A stretch of DNA of 64,000 nt from Erysipelotrichaceae bacterium (lineage in GTDB: Bacteria > Bacillota_I > Bacilli_A > RFN20 > CAG-449), in the NCBI GenBank assembly GCA_015059095.1, contig SVBA01000009.1, positions 3,228 to 67,227 of the forward strand. Reading direction: 5' to 3'. Below, in pieces: positions 21,161 to 31,405 of the stretch. Position 1 is the stretch's first letter. Each line of letters begins with the position of its first letter. The notes beneath the pieces are model-generated. The model was given only the letters and a program-made list of their open reading frames with translations, was not told the origin of the DNA and did not search any database. Position numbers and translations under genes: made by a program.

Positions 21161-21586
21161 ATGGAAAAAAGTATAGGATTTATGTCTAGAAAGTTAAGTA
21201 GATATGTTAAGCATAATATGTTTCATCGTATAGGTGATGTAACAGAACAACAAGTAACTCATATTCAAGCTAGAGTACTATGTTATTTAGAATGGAAGCA
21301 TGATGAAGGTGAAGTTGTATACCAAAAGAATATTGAAGAGTTTTTATCAGTTTCTAAATCTACTGCTAGTGAACTTATTTCTAATTTAGAAAAAAATGAA
21401 TATATTTCTAGAGTGAAGGAAGAAAGTGATGGTAGGGTTAGAAGAATAGTTTTACTAGAAAAAGGATTTAAAACTAATAAATTAATTGGGGAAACTATTC
21501 AAAATTTTGAAAATGAAATGAAGAATAAGCTATCAGAAGAAGAATTGAATACTTTCTTCTTAATTATTGAAAAGATTGTTAATTAA
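21161..21586 (+). CDS. MarR-family transcriptional regulator
   Basis: Winged-helix region LEKNEYISRVKEESDGRVRRIVLLEKG. I chose the ATG at 21161, which has GGAGG 6 nt upstream, over the track TTG start at 21149. Confidence 0.8.
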   Translation: MEKSIGFMSRKLSRYVKHNMFHRIGDVTEQQVTHIQARVLCYLEWKHDEGEVVYQKNIEEFLSVSKSTASELISNLEKNEYISRVKEESDGRVRRIVLLEKGFKTNKLIGETIQNFENEMKNKLSEEELNTFFLIIEKIVN

Positions 21587-21601
21587 TATAAGGAGGAAAT
21601 T

Positions 21602-23449
21602 ATGAAAAAAAAGAAAAGTAAAATTTTTAAAGCTTTAAATGGCGTAAAAAAATACGCTGTGCTTACTCCTTTAATGATGATTGGAGAAGTAATTATGGAA
21701 TGTTTAATTCCATTAATTATGGCTTTTTTAGTAGATTTTTTAAATATTTCTAAAGCGTGGAACGAAGGACATAATACAGTCAATAATTTAATTGTTCAAC
21801 TGCCTAACATTGATGAATTTAGAATTAAAACTTTCGTTCAATTGATGGACTGGAATTTTACTCCTTTATTAGCAATTACTTTGTGTGGTGTACTAATTAT
21901 TTTAGCATCATTCTTAAGTTTATTCTTTGGTGTTGGTGGTGCTAAATTTGGTGCTAAAGCAGGTGGATTATTTGCAAGAAATTTAAGAAAACAAATTTAT
22001 GATCATATTCAAACTTTATCGTTTGAAAATCTAGATAAATATCAAACTTCTTCTTTAGTTACTCGTTTAACAACTGATGTTACTTCTTGTCAAGATGCTT
22101 TCATTACTATGATTAGAATGTTATTTAGATCACCTGTAATGTTTGTGGTTTCATTTATTATGTGTACAACTATTAAAATTGAATTGACTGCAATTTTATT
22201 AGTAGCATTCCCAATATTAGTAGTCGCATTATTATTAATTATGACTAAGGCTCATCCTTATTTTGAAAAAATGTTTAAAACATATGATAAATTAAATCAA
22301 AGAGTACAAGAAAATTTAATTGGTATTAGAGTAGTTAAATCATTTGTTAGAGAAGATTTTGAAATTGAAAAGTTTAAAAAGACAAATGCAACTATGAGAC
22401 AAACTGGTATCAGTGCAGAAAAAATTCTTTCATTAAATGGTCCTATTATGAACTTTGTCATGTATGGAACAATCTTTGCAGTATGTTTCTTTGGTGGTAA
22501 ATTCTTTGTTGTGGGTGATGCTTCAATGGCTTTAGGTGATTTACAAGCATATATCACTTACATTATGCAAATCTTATCATCATTAATGATGGTATCTATG
22601 GTATTTGTTATGTTAGTTATGTCTAGAGCAAGCTTTAGACGTGTTAATGAAATTTTAAATGAAGAATCAACTTTAACTAATCCTTCTTCTCCTTTATATG
22701 AAGTAAAAGATGGTTCTGTTGAATTTGATAATGTCAATTTCTCTTATTCGAAAGATATGGATAATTTACATTTAGAAGGAGCAGATTTTAAAGTTGAAAG
22801 TGGACAAATAATTGGTATTATTGGTGGAACTGGTTCTAGTAAAACAACATTAGTATCATTAATTTCAAGATTGTATGATGTAACTTCAGGTTCAGTTAAA
22901 GTTGGTGGAGTAGATGTTAGAGATTATGATTTAGAAACTTTAAGAAATCAAGTTGCAGTTGTTCTTCAAAAGAATGTCCTTTTCTCAGGGTCAATTAGAG
23001 ATAATATGAAATGGGGAAAAGAAGACGCTAGTGATGAAGAAATTATTGAAGCTTTAAAGAATGCTCAAGCTTATGAATTTGTATCTAATTTACCTGGTGG
23101 ACTTGATTATGATTTAGGTCAAGGTGGAGTTAATGTATCTGGTGGACAAAAACAAAGATTATGTATTGCTAGAGCGTTATTAAAAAGTCCAAAAGTATTG
23201 ATTCTAGATGACTCTACTAGTGCAGTTGATACAAAAACTGATGCATTAATTAGAGAAAGTTTTAGAACAAAAATTCCTAATGTTACAAAATTTATTATTG
23301 CTCAAAGAATTAATTCGGTTCAAGATGCTGATAAAATCTTAGTTTTAGATGAAGGTAAGATTTATGGATTCGGTACTCATGAAGAATTATTAGAAAATAA
23401 TGACATCTATAAAGATGTATTTGAATCACAAACGAAAGGAGATGAATAG
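21602..23449 (+). CDS. ABC exporter, fused permease/ATPase (type I exporter subunit A)
   Basis: Six TM helices, then Walker A GGTGSSKTT, signature VSGGQKQR and Walker B ILDDSTSAVD. Confidence 0.85.
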   Translation: MKKKKSKIFKALNGVKKYAVLTPLMMIGEVIMECLIPLIMAFLVDFLNISKAWNEGHNTVNNLIVQLPNIDEFRIKTFVQLMDWNFTPLLAITLCGVLIILASFLSLFFGVGGAKFGAKAGGLFARNLRKQIYDHIQTLSFENLDKYQTSSLVTRLTTDVTSCQDAFITMIRMLFRSPVMFVVSFIMCTTIKIELTAILLVAFPILVVALLLIMTKAHPYFEKMFKTYDKLNQRVQENLIGIRVVKSFVREDFEIEKFKKTNATMRQTGISAEKILSLNGPIMNFVMYGTIFAVCFFGGKFFVVGDASMALGDLQAYITYIMQILSSLMMVSMVFVMLVMSRASFRRVNEILNEESTLTNPSSPLYEVKDGSVEFDNVNFSYSKDMDNLHLEGADFKVESGQIIGIIGGTGSSKTTLVSLISRLYDVTSGSVKVGGVDVRDYDLETLRNQVAVVLQKNVLFSGSIRDNMKWGKEDASDEEIIEALKNAQAYEFVSNLPGGLDYDLGQGGVNVSGGQKQRLCIARALLKSPKVLILDDSTSAVDTKTDALIRESFRTKIPNVTKFIIAQRINSVQDADKILVLDEGKIYGFGTHEELLENNDIYKDVFESQTKGDE

Positions 23450-23450
23450 T

Positions 23451-25418
23451 ATGCCACCAAGAGGGTTAAGAGGTACAGCAAAACCTAAAGATTTTAAAAA
23501 ATCTTTCTTACGTATCTTAACATATTATAAAAAGCATTTACTTAAAGTCATCTTTGCTTTCATTGGCTTATTTGGTAACACTTTATTTGTATTAATTGCT
23601 AACTCAAGATTCTTACAAGGTGTATTATCGTCTTTAGAATATGTTACTGATCCTACAAGGGTTCCAGTTGGTGTAACTGCTACTGGTATTGAGTTAATTC
23701 ATATTAAATGGAATGACTATGGAGGCTATCAAGATTTCTTATTTAATGTAATTATGATGTTTGCTTTCTTTATGTTAGGAGCATTATGTTCATTTATGTT
23801 TAATAGATTAATGGGTATTACTTCTAGATTAATTTTAGAAGACTTTAGAAATACTTTATTCGCTTCTATGGAAAAACTTCCTATTCGATATTTTGATACA
23901 CATACTCATGGTGAATTAATGTCAAGATATACTTCTGATATTGATGCGATGAGACAAATGATTTCTCAATCTATTCCTCAAACAGTATCTGGAGTAATTA
24001 CTATTGTTTCAACATTCATTGTCATGTGTACTAAGTCTTTAGAATTAACTATTGTTACTATATTAAGTATTATTGCAGTTACTTTTGTAACTAAGAGTGT
24101 TATTGGTAAATCTGGAAAGTTCTTTATGGAACAACAAAAGAACATTGGTAAATTAAATGGATTTATTGAAGAAATGACTGAAGGTCAAAAAGTAATTAAA
24201 GTATTCAATCATGAAGATGTAGCGATGAAAGAATTTGATTCTATTAATAATAAAGTATGTGAAACATATATTAATGCGAATAAGAATGCTTTCTCATTTG
24301 GCCCTATTTCAAATAATTTGAACCATGCTCAATATGCTATTACAGCATTAGTTGGTGGTATATTAATGGTTACAGGATTTAGATTCTTTCCTTCTCAAGG
24401 TGTAATGGAAGCTGCAACAATTATCACTTTCTTAACATTAACTAAAAACTTTGGTCAACCTATTTCTATGGTTGCTCAACAAATTAACTCTGTAGTTATT
24501 GCTTTAGCGGGGGCAGAACGTGTATTTGAAGTAATGGATGCTGAACCAGAACAAGATGAAGGATATGTTTCTTTAACTTATGGTGAATACGATGAAAATG
24601 GTAATATTGTTGAAGTTGATCATAAAACAAATTTATTCTTATGGAAACATCCTCATAGTGATGGAACAACAACTTTACAAAAATTGGAAGGTAATGTTGT
24701 TCTTGATGGTGTAGATTTTGGCTATATCCCAGAGAAACAAGTATTATTTGATGTTTCTTTATACGCTTTCCCAGGCCAAAAAATTGCATTTGTTGGATCA
24801 ACTGGTGCAGGTAAAACAACTATTACAAATTTAATTAATAGATTCTATGATATTCAAGATGGAAAAATTAGAATTGATGGTATCAATATTAATAAAATTA
24901 AAAAATCAGATTTGAGAAAATCTCAATCAGTAGTTTTACAAGACACACATTTATTTAGTGATACAGTAATGGAAAATATTCGTTATGGTAGATTAGATGC
25001 AACAGATGAAGAATGTATTGAAGCAGCAAAACTTGCAAATGCTCATCATTTTATTTCTCATTTACCGGAAGGATATAACACTCAATTAGTTGGTGATGGA
25101 AGTAATTTATCCCAAGGTCAAAGACAATTGTTAGCAATCGCTAGAGCAGCCGTTGCTAATCCTGCAGTATTAATTTTAGATGAAGCTACTTCATCAATTG
25201 ATACTAGAACAGAAAAATTAATTGAAAAGGGCATGGATAAATTAATGGACGGAAGAACTACATTTGTTATTGCTCATAGATTATCAACTGTTAGAAATTC
25301 TGACGCTATTATGGTATTAGAACATGGTAAAATAATCGAAAGAGGTAATCATGAAGAATTGATTGCTCAAGAAGGTAAGTATTATCAATTATATACTGGT
25401 GCCTTTGAATTAGATTAG
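23451..25418 (+). CDS. ABC exporter, fused permease/ATPase (subunit B of a heterodimeric pair)
   Basis: Walker A GSTGAGKTT, signature LSQGQRQL and Walker B ILDEATSSID. Start moved to ATG 23451 (MPPRG), which has a GGAG RBS; the track start at 23400 overlaps the upstream gene. Confidence 0.85.
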   Translation: MPPRGLRGTAKPKDFKKSFLRILTYYKKHLLKVIFAFIGLFGNTLFVLIANSRFLQGVLSSLEYVTDPTRVPVGVTATGIELIHIKWNDYGGYQDFLFNVIMMFAFFMLGALCSFMFNRLMGITSRLILEDFRNTLFASMEKLPIRYFDTHTHGELMSRYTSDIDAMRQMISQSIPQTVSGVITIVSTFIVMCTKSLELTIVTILSIIAVTFVTKSVIGKSGKFFMEQQKNIGKLNGFIEEMTEGQKVIKVFNHEDVAMKEFDSINNKVCETYINANKNAFSFGPISNNLNHAQYAITALVGGILMVTGFRFFPSQGVMEAATIITFLTLTKNFGQPISMVAQQINSVVIALAGAERVFEVMDAEPEQDEGYVSLTYGEYDENGNIVEVDHKTNLFLWKHPHSDGTTTLQKLEGNVVLDGVDFGYIPEKQVLFDVSLYAFPGQKIAFVGSTGAGKTTITNLINRFYDIQDGKIRIDGININKIKKSDLRKSQSVVLQDTHLFSDTVMENIRYGRLDATDEECIEAAKLANAHHFISHLPEGYNTQLVGDGSNLSQGQRQLLAIARAAVANPAVLILDEATSSIDTRTEKLIEKGMDKLMDGRTTFVIAHRLSTVRNSDAIMVLEHGKIIERGNHEELIAQEGKYYQLYTGAFELD

Positions 25419-25428
25419 GAGAATAGAT

Positions 25429-26340
25429 ATGTTAGTTAAAGTGTCAAAAGAAGTCCAAGAGGCGATTAAAAATAATATTCCAGTTGTTGCATTAGAATCA
25501 ACAATTATCTCTCATGGTATGCCTTATCCTAAAAATGTAGAAACTGCTTTAAATGTTGAAAAAATTATTAGAGATAATGGATGTGTTCCTGCTACTATAG
25601 GTATTATCGATGGTACTCCAATTGTTGGTATGTCACCTGATGAGATTGAATTATTCGGAAAAACTCCGGGTATTTTAAAAGCATCTAGAAGAGATTTACC
25701 TGTTATTATGGCTAAAAAGTTTTGGGGTGCAACTACTGTTACTACAACAATGATCTTTGCTGCAATGGCAGGAATTGAAGTGTTTGTAACAGGAGGAATT
25801 GGTGGAGTCCATAGAGGCGCAGAAACAAGTTTTGATATTTCTGCAGATCTTCAAGAATTATCAAAAACTAATGTAACTGTTGTTTGTGCGGGCGCAAAAG
25901 CTATTTTAGATTTGCCATTAACTTTAGAATATTTAGAAACTTTTGGAGTCCCAGTATTAGGATATAAATCTTCTAATTTAGCAGCATTTTATTCAAAGGA
26001 TTCTGGCTTAAAATTAGATTATGAAATGAATTCAAGTAAAGAGATTGCTGAAGCTATTTATTATAAAAGAAAACTTGGTTTAGATGGAGGTATCTTAGTA
26101 TCTAATCCAATTCCAGAAGAATATTCAATTCCAAATGAAGTAATTAATGTTTATATTGAAAAAGCGTTAAAAGAAATGAATGAATTAGGAATTAAAGGAA
26201 AAGATACTACACCTTTCTTATTGAAGAGTATCGCTGATGCAACTGAAGGTAAATCTTTAGAGGCTAATATTAAATTAGTATATAATAATGCTAAAGTGGG
26301 ATCAGAAATTGCTAAAGAATTAATTAAATTAGAAAAATAA
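25429..26340 (+). CDS. psuG: pseudouridine-5'-phosphate glycosidase
   Basis: Near full-length colinearity with the YeiN/PsuG family: VVALESTIISHGMPYP, ATGGIGGVHRGAETSFDISADLQEL and TVVCAGAKAILD. Confidence 0.85.
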   Translation: MLVKVSKEVQEAIKNNIPVVALESTIISHGMPYPKNVETALNVEKIIRDNGCVPATIGIIDGTPIVGMSPDEIELFGKTPGILKASRRDLPVIMAKKFWGATTVTTTMIFAAMAGIEVFVTGGIGGVHRGAETSFDISADLQELSKTNVTVVCAGAKAILDLPLTLEYLETFGVPVLGYKSSNLAAFYSKDSGLKLDYEMNSSKEIAEAIYYKRKLGLDGGILVSNPIPEEYSIPNEVINVYIEKALKEMNELGIKGKDTTPFLLKSIADATEGKSLEANIKLVYNNAKVGSEIAKELIKLEK

Positions 26341-26345
26341 TAATT

Positions 26346-26368
26346 AAGCGCATGAAAATGCGCTTTTA
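26346..26368 (+). terminator. rho-independent terminator
   Basis: GCGCATGAAAATGCGC hairpin followed by a T-run. Confidence 0.55.
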
Positions 26369-26479
26369 AAGTGCATACTAAATATATCGATAAATAAATA
26401 TTAAAAAAAATCGATAATTGTCAAAAAAAGGTTTATTTATTTTATAAATAACTCTATAATAACTACGAGGTAGAAAATT

Positions 26480-27061
26480 ATGGGAAAGATTTTGAAAAAA
26501 TTGATTTTGGTTACATCTCCACCAGCATGTGGAAAAACATATGTATCAAAAAAACTAGCAGAAAATTTAAATCATGTTGTTTATTTGGATAAGGATACTT
26601 TAATTCCATTATCTAAGCAAATCTTTTTAGTCGCTAATGAAGAATATAATCGTAGTTCACCATTTTTTAATAAATATATTAGAAATGAAGAATATGATGT
26701 AATTCTTGATTTAGCTTTTGAAGCAATTCAATATGCTGATTTAGTTTTAATTAACGCTCCATTTACAAAAGAAGTTAGAGATTTGCCTTATATTAGATCT
26801 TTAGAAGCAAAATTAAAAGACTATAATGCACAATTAGACATTGTTTGGGTTTCTACTAAACCAGAAATCTGTAAACAAAGAATGTTTGAAAGAAATTCTG
26901 ATAGGGATACATGGAAATTAAATAACTGGGATGAATACATTAAAACATGTAATTTCACAGTTCCAGAAGGTATTACAAATCTTCATATTTTTAACAACAA
27001 TTCACAAGAAGAATTTGATGAATCTATGAAGAGAATTTGTAAAATTTTAGAAGAAAATTAG
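26480..27061 (+). CDS. P-loop kinase (AAA_33/zeta-toxin-like small NTP-dependent kinase), substrate unknown
   Basis: Walker A SPPACGKTY near the N-terminus, 193 aa, with its own promoter. Confidence 0.45.
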   Translation: MGKILKKLILVTSPPACGKTYVSKKLAENLNHVVYLDKDTLIPLSKQIFLVANEEYNRSSPFFNKYIRNEEYDVILDLAFEAIQYADLVLINAPFTKEVRDLPYIRSLEAKLKDYNAQLDIVWVSTKPEICKQRMFERNSDRDTWKLNNWDEYIKTCNFTVPEGITNLHIFNNNSQEEFDESMKRICKILEEN

Positions 27062-27183
27062 GACAATTTTTGTTGTCCTTTTTATTTGAAAGCGTTTTTT
27101 TTAAAAAGATTATTTTAGTTCTTTTAATGAAATATTAAAAGCATTAATATATAGATGTAAAAAAAATTTTAAGGAGGAGTATA

Positions 27184-29286
27184 ATGAAAAATAAAGGGTT
27201 AAAATTATTTTTACTTGCTGCCGCTTTATTAATGAGTGGCTGTGGTAATCCTGGTTCTTCAAGTGAAAATTCTAGTAGTGAAGTTTCAAGTAGTGAAGTT
27301 TCTTCAGAAGAATCAAGTTCCGCTTCATCAAGCGAAAAAACTTACGAAAATCAAATCACTATAGCTAAAGCTTTAGAGTTAGCTAAAGCAGCTGGTGCTA
27401 ATGGTACTAGTGAGAACTATACTGTTATCGGTACTATTAAGGAAATTAAAAGCTATCAATATGGTGATATGACTATTACTGATGGTACTAATGAATTATA
27501 CATTTATGGACCTAGAGGTGCAGATGGTTATACTTATTTTGATAAACTAGAAGAGACTCCTTCTGTAGGTGATGAAGTTGTTTTATATGGTAAATTAAAA
27601 GACTACAGTGGAACTTTAGAAATGGATCATCCTGCGATTTTAGATTTTACTCATGTTGAAGTAGAATTTGATGATACAGCTTATGTAAGTAAAACAATTA
27701 AACAAGCTAGAGAAGCAAAAAAAGGCGATAAAATTAAAATTACAGGTGTTGTAGTTAGACATACATATGCAACTGGTATGGCTAAAAATGGTGTATACAT
27801 TGCAGATGAAACAGGATCTATTTATGTTTATGGCAAAGATGTTGCTAATAAAGTAAAAGAAGGTAACACAGTTACTATTGCAGGTGAAAAAGACTATTAC
27901 ATTTTAGATGCTGAACTTACTCCAGCAGGTAAGTGGGGATATACAGGTTGTAACCAAATCTCAAATGCATATTTAATTGAAAATGATAATTTAACAACAG
28001 GTAATTGGAATAAAACTTGGGTAGAAGAAAAAACAGTTAAAGAATTGATGGAAACTCCATTTACTTCTGATGTAACTACTAATATTTATAAAACAACTGC
28101 TTTAGTTAAAAAAGTTGAGGGAACAGGATTTACAAATTACTATATCGATGATTTAGACGGAACTACAGGCACATATTCTTATTCTCAAGCTAGTGGTGCT
28201 GATTATGAATGGTTAGATGCATGTGATGGTAAAATTTGTACAGTTTATGTTTCAATGCATAATGCAAAATCAGAAAATAAAGGATGTACTTGGAGATTTG
28301 TTCCAGTTGCAGCAGAAGTAGATACTACATTTAGTTTTGATATGGCAACTGCTCCTAAATTTGCATATGATTATTATTTAGATGGGCAATTAGAAGGATA
28401 TTATTATGAAGGTAGAGATGCTAAATTAGAATTAATTAATTCAATTAAAAATGATGTAGTTAATTTTGATGCAACTGTTAGTTATACTTCTTCAAATACA
28501 GAAGTTGCTACTATTGAAGTAAATGATGGAAAAACTATTCTTCATACAAATGCAATTGGTAAAACAACAATTAAAACAATCGTTTCTGTTTCTGGACAAA
28601 CAAGTTATGAAAAAGAAGTAGAAATTGAAGTACAAGAAGTTCCTGAATTTACTGCAAATACTGTTCAATATGCTATTGAATCAGATAAAGATACAGAAGT
28701 TACTTTACATGGTGTAGTAGTTGCTTCAGTTGTTAATCAATCTGGTTTCTATATTCAAGATAATACAGGAATTATTACAGTATTAGGCGCTGAAAATATG
28801 GTATCTTCTTTATCTATTGGTGATGAAATTGTAATTAAGGGAACAAGAGGAAATAAAATTAAATCAGGTATAAATGCTCCAGGTCAAATTGTTGTTAATG
28901 CTACTGAATTATTAGTTAATTTCCATGGTAATAATTCGTATTCAACTGATAAGTTTATCACTGGTAAAAATTTAAAATATCTATATGAGTTAAATAGTAG
29001 TGAAGATATTCATTCAACTGAAGTTTATGTTATTCAAGCTAAAGTTGTTGTAATTGAAGAAGCATATTTCACTAAGATCAACTTACAAGACGATTCTAGT
29101 GAATTTGAATTATATTGTTCAGGTGCTAATCAATATAGCTTCTTAAAACCATATGCAGGTAAAACAGTTACTTTAGAAATCAATCCATGTAACTACAATA
29201 AAACATTCTATAAAGGTTGTGTAATTTCAGTTACAGACGCTAATGGTGTAAAAACTATTAACTCATTAAATTTCCAAAATAAGTAA
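27184..29286 (+). CDS. surface lipoprotein with three OB-fold-like repeats and a Big_2 Ig-like domain
   Basis: Lipobox LMSGCGN and a Ser/Glu-rich linker. The motif G(T/V)(V/I)...G.YI.D.TG.I.V.G recurs three times. The Big_2-like segment is TVSYTSSNTEVATIEVNDGKTILHTNAIGKTTIKT. Confidence 0.5.
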   Translation: MKNKGLKLFLLAAALLMSGCGNPGSSSENSSSEVSSSEVSSEESSSASSSEKTYENQITIAKALELAKAAGANGTSENYTVIGTIKEIKSYQYGDMTITDGTNELYIYGPRGADGYTYFDKLEETPSVGDEVVLYGKLKDYSGTLEMDHPAILDFTHVEVEFDDTAYVSKTIKQAREAKKGDKIKITGVVVRHTYATGMAKNGVYIADETGSIYVYGKDVANKVKEGNTVTIAGEKDYYILDAELTPAGKWGYTGCNQISNAYLIENDNLTTGNWNKTWVEEKTVKELMETPFTSDVTTNIYKTTALVKKVEGTGFTNYYIDDLDGTTGTYSYSQASGADYEWLDACDGKICTVYVSMHNAKSENKGCTWRFVPVAAEVDTTFSFDMATAPKFAYDYYLDGQLEGYYYEGRDAKLELINSIKNDVVNFDATVSYTSSNTEVATIEVNDGKTILHTNAIGKTTIKTIVSVSGQTSYEKEVEIEVQEVPEFTANTVQYAIESDKDTEVTLHGVVVASVVNQSGFYIQDNTGIITVLGAENMVSSLSIGDEIVIKGTRGNKIKSGINAPGQIVVNATELLVNFHGNNSYSTDKFITGKNLKYLYELNSSEDIHSTEVYVIQAKVVVIEEAYFTKINLQDDSSEFELYCSGANQYSFLKPYAGKTVTLEINPCNYNKTFYKGCVISVTDANGVKTINSLNFQNK

Positions 29287-29306
29287 TAAAAAAACAGTTT
29301 AAAAGA

Positions 29307-29334
29307 AGCAACCTAATAAAATAGGTTGCTTTTT
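29307..29334. terminator. bidirectional rho-independent terminator
   Basis: AGCAACCTA-ATAAAA-TAGGTTGCT followed by a T-run, between convergent genes. Confidence 0.7.
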
Positions 29335-29349
29335 GCGTGAAACTAAATA

Positions 29350-30897
29350 TTATATACCAAAAATAATAGTGATATTGTCATCATTTATAGAAGTAGAAAT
29401 TAATGCGTTTTCAAATTGATCGGCAAAATTTCTAATAGTTTCATTTTCAAATATTAAATTAGAAAAATCTAATTTGATTTTTTGTTCGTTACTAGAAATG
29501 GAAATATAATCTTCATGGAATAGTGTATTCATATAATTTAACAAATTAATTTTTTGTTCTTCATTTAATTGAATATTACCTAGAGATAATGAATTTAGAT
29601 TTCCTTCAACTATTAACCCAGAATGAGGTAAAGTTGTAAAGTCAGCATGCACACCTAATCTACATCCATTTACATTAAGAATGAAATCTAACTCGATTTT
29701 ATCTTTAATAAAATCTAAGATGAGATGCTCTGTTCCAATAAATGAGACTTTGTTGTGATATTCTTCTTTTCCTTGATTACTATGACCAAAAGCGAATGTT
29801 GAACCTATCATTTCACTATTTTGAATAATTGAATTCATAATTGGTTCTTCAATGACTAAGGATAATGAGGTATCGCCTAATGTATAATCAAGTGATGTAG
29901 ATGAAATATGTTCTTTTAAAGTTAAATTGTTTTTAATTAATAATCCTTTATATGAAGAATTAGAATAAATTCCTACACTAGTTAAATCAAGATTATCGAT
30001 TATCGATTTTTCTTCATTTTCTAAAGAAGCATATCCGTTTAATAAATAGAAGAAGACTATATCAACTTGGCTTTGATTTATTAAAGAATTTGCTAATAAA
30101 TTTTCACTTAATATATCTACATTATTTAAACCAATTTCTGTAGGAATACCATAGAGTTCATTATATTTAAAATCTAATAAATCTAGAATAAAACTGACAT
30201 TGTTTTCTGTTTCAAATTCATATAAATTTTGGTTATTCTTATAAATATCTAATAACACATTAATCAATTGTTTGTGTGGATTAGAAATAGTGTTTTCTTT
30301 TACCATATCAATTAAATTTTGTTTAGTAATTGAAACGCTTAATGTTTTTAAGTCTAAAGAACAATATATTTTATTTTGTTCTAATGTTTTTATAACTTGT
30401 GAAATATCAATATTATCAATAATACTGTGGACAAAGTTATTATTTAAACCAAGTTTTCCTAATTTTAAATCTTTAATAAAAATGGTGAAAGTATCGTTTT
30501 GTTCTTCAAAGTCCAATTCTAAATCAACAACTGTATTAATACTTTGATATCCTAAACTAACTTTTAGATAATAAATTCCATCAATGCATTCTACTTTACT
30601 ACCATTAATATTAATTGGTTGAATTTGTTCTTCTAATGAATTAATTACAGAATATAATATATAATCTAATTTTTCTGGATCTAGAACAAATTTAATCTGA
30701 TTTGTTGAACTAGTATTGTGAAGAGCTTCTTCAACTAAATCATATATTGGTAAAGTTATATCTAACTCATTATTTTCATAGTTTTCGTTAATGTATGATG
30801 TATTGTCAATTACCATGTATGCTAGTAATCCAACACCTCCACCAATTAGTAATACAATAATGGATAAAAATATAAATAATCTTTTAAAAAATTTCAT
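29350..30897 (-). CDS. membrane-anchored protein of unknown function (515 aa)
   Basis: Single N-terminal TM helix, then a large N/S/L-rich extracytoplasmic domain with no motif I can recognise. Confidence 0.35.
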   Translation of the reverse strand: MKFFKRLFIFLSIIVLLIGGGVGLLAYMVIDNTSYINENYENNELDITLPIYDLVEEALHNTSSTNQIKFVLDPEKLDYILYSVINSLEEQIQPININGSKVECIDGIYYLKVSLGYQSINTVVDLELDFEEQNDTFTIFIKDLKLGKLGLNNNFVHSIIDNIDISQVIKTLEQNKIYCSLDLKTLSVSITKQNLIDMVKENTISNPHKQLINVLLDIYKNNQNLYEFETENNVSFILDLLDFKYNELYGIPTEIGLNNVDILSENLLANSLINQSQVDIVFFYLLNGYASLENEEKSIIDNLDLTSVGIYSNSSYKGLLIKNNLTLKEHISSTSLDYTLGDTSLSLVIEEPIMNSIIQNSEMIGSTFAFGHSNQGKEEYHNKVSFIGTEHLILDFIKDKIELDFILNVNGCRLGVHADFTTLPHSGLIVEGNLNSLSLGNIQLNEEQKINLLNYMNTLFHEDYISISSNEQKIKLDFSNLIFENETIRNFADQFENALISTSINDDNITIIFGI

Positions 30898-30898
30898 A

Positions 30899-31345
30899 TT
30901 AGTCCTCCAAAATTTCTAATAGTTTTTCTATTTCATCATCTGCAAAAACTATTATTTTATTTTTCTTTAATAGTTTAGTAGTAATTCCTTGACCTTCAAT
31001 TAATGTTCTTGAAAATGTTCCATCATAAACTTTATTGACTCCACAAGAAGGAGAATGATCTTTTAGTATTGCATATTTACAATGATTGTTAAGAGCAATC
31101 TCTAAAGTTCTTTGAGCACCTCTAACGAATTGTTTTGTTACGTCTAACTCAACTTGATTAAATACTTTATTTCCTCTTATTTCAGAAGGTATTCTAGGGG
31201 TAGGTAGTCCTCCTAAAACTTCTGCACAAAAAGGAACTAAATTGTATTTTTCTTTTAATTTAATAATATGTTCACGGGCATTATTTCTTCCATTCCATTT
31301 ACAGTTTTCTCCTAGAAGACATGCGCTTACTAAAATGTTAATCAT
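30899..31345 (-). CDS. DUF523 family protein (thiouracil desulfurase TudS-like)
   Basis: N-terminal ILVSACLLGENCKWNG and a Cys-rich motif DHSPSCG, typical of DUF523. Confidence 0.6.
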   Translation of the reverse strand: MINILVSACLLGENCKWNGRNNAREHIIKLKEKYNLVPFCAEVLGGLPTPRIPSEIRGNKVFNQVELDVTKQFVRGAQRTLEIALNNHCKYAILKDHSPSCGVNKVYDGTFSRTLIEGQGITTKLLKKNKIIVFADDEIEKLLEILED

Positions 31346-31405
31346 AACTTCTTACTCCTTTATTAAATTTATTATATCATATATAATAATAAAAGGTGAA
31401 ATCAA

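Noticed and set aside
29350-31345. The convergent pair of the 515-aa membrane-anchored protein and the DUF523 protein as a functional system.
   Set aside because: There are no shared regulatory signals or known co-occurrence. They are probably unrelated adjacent genes.
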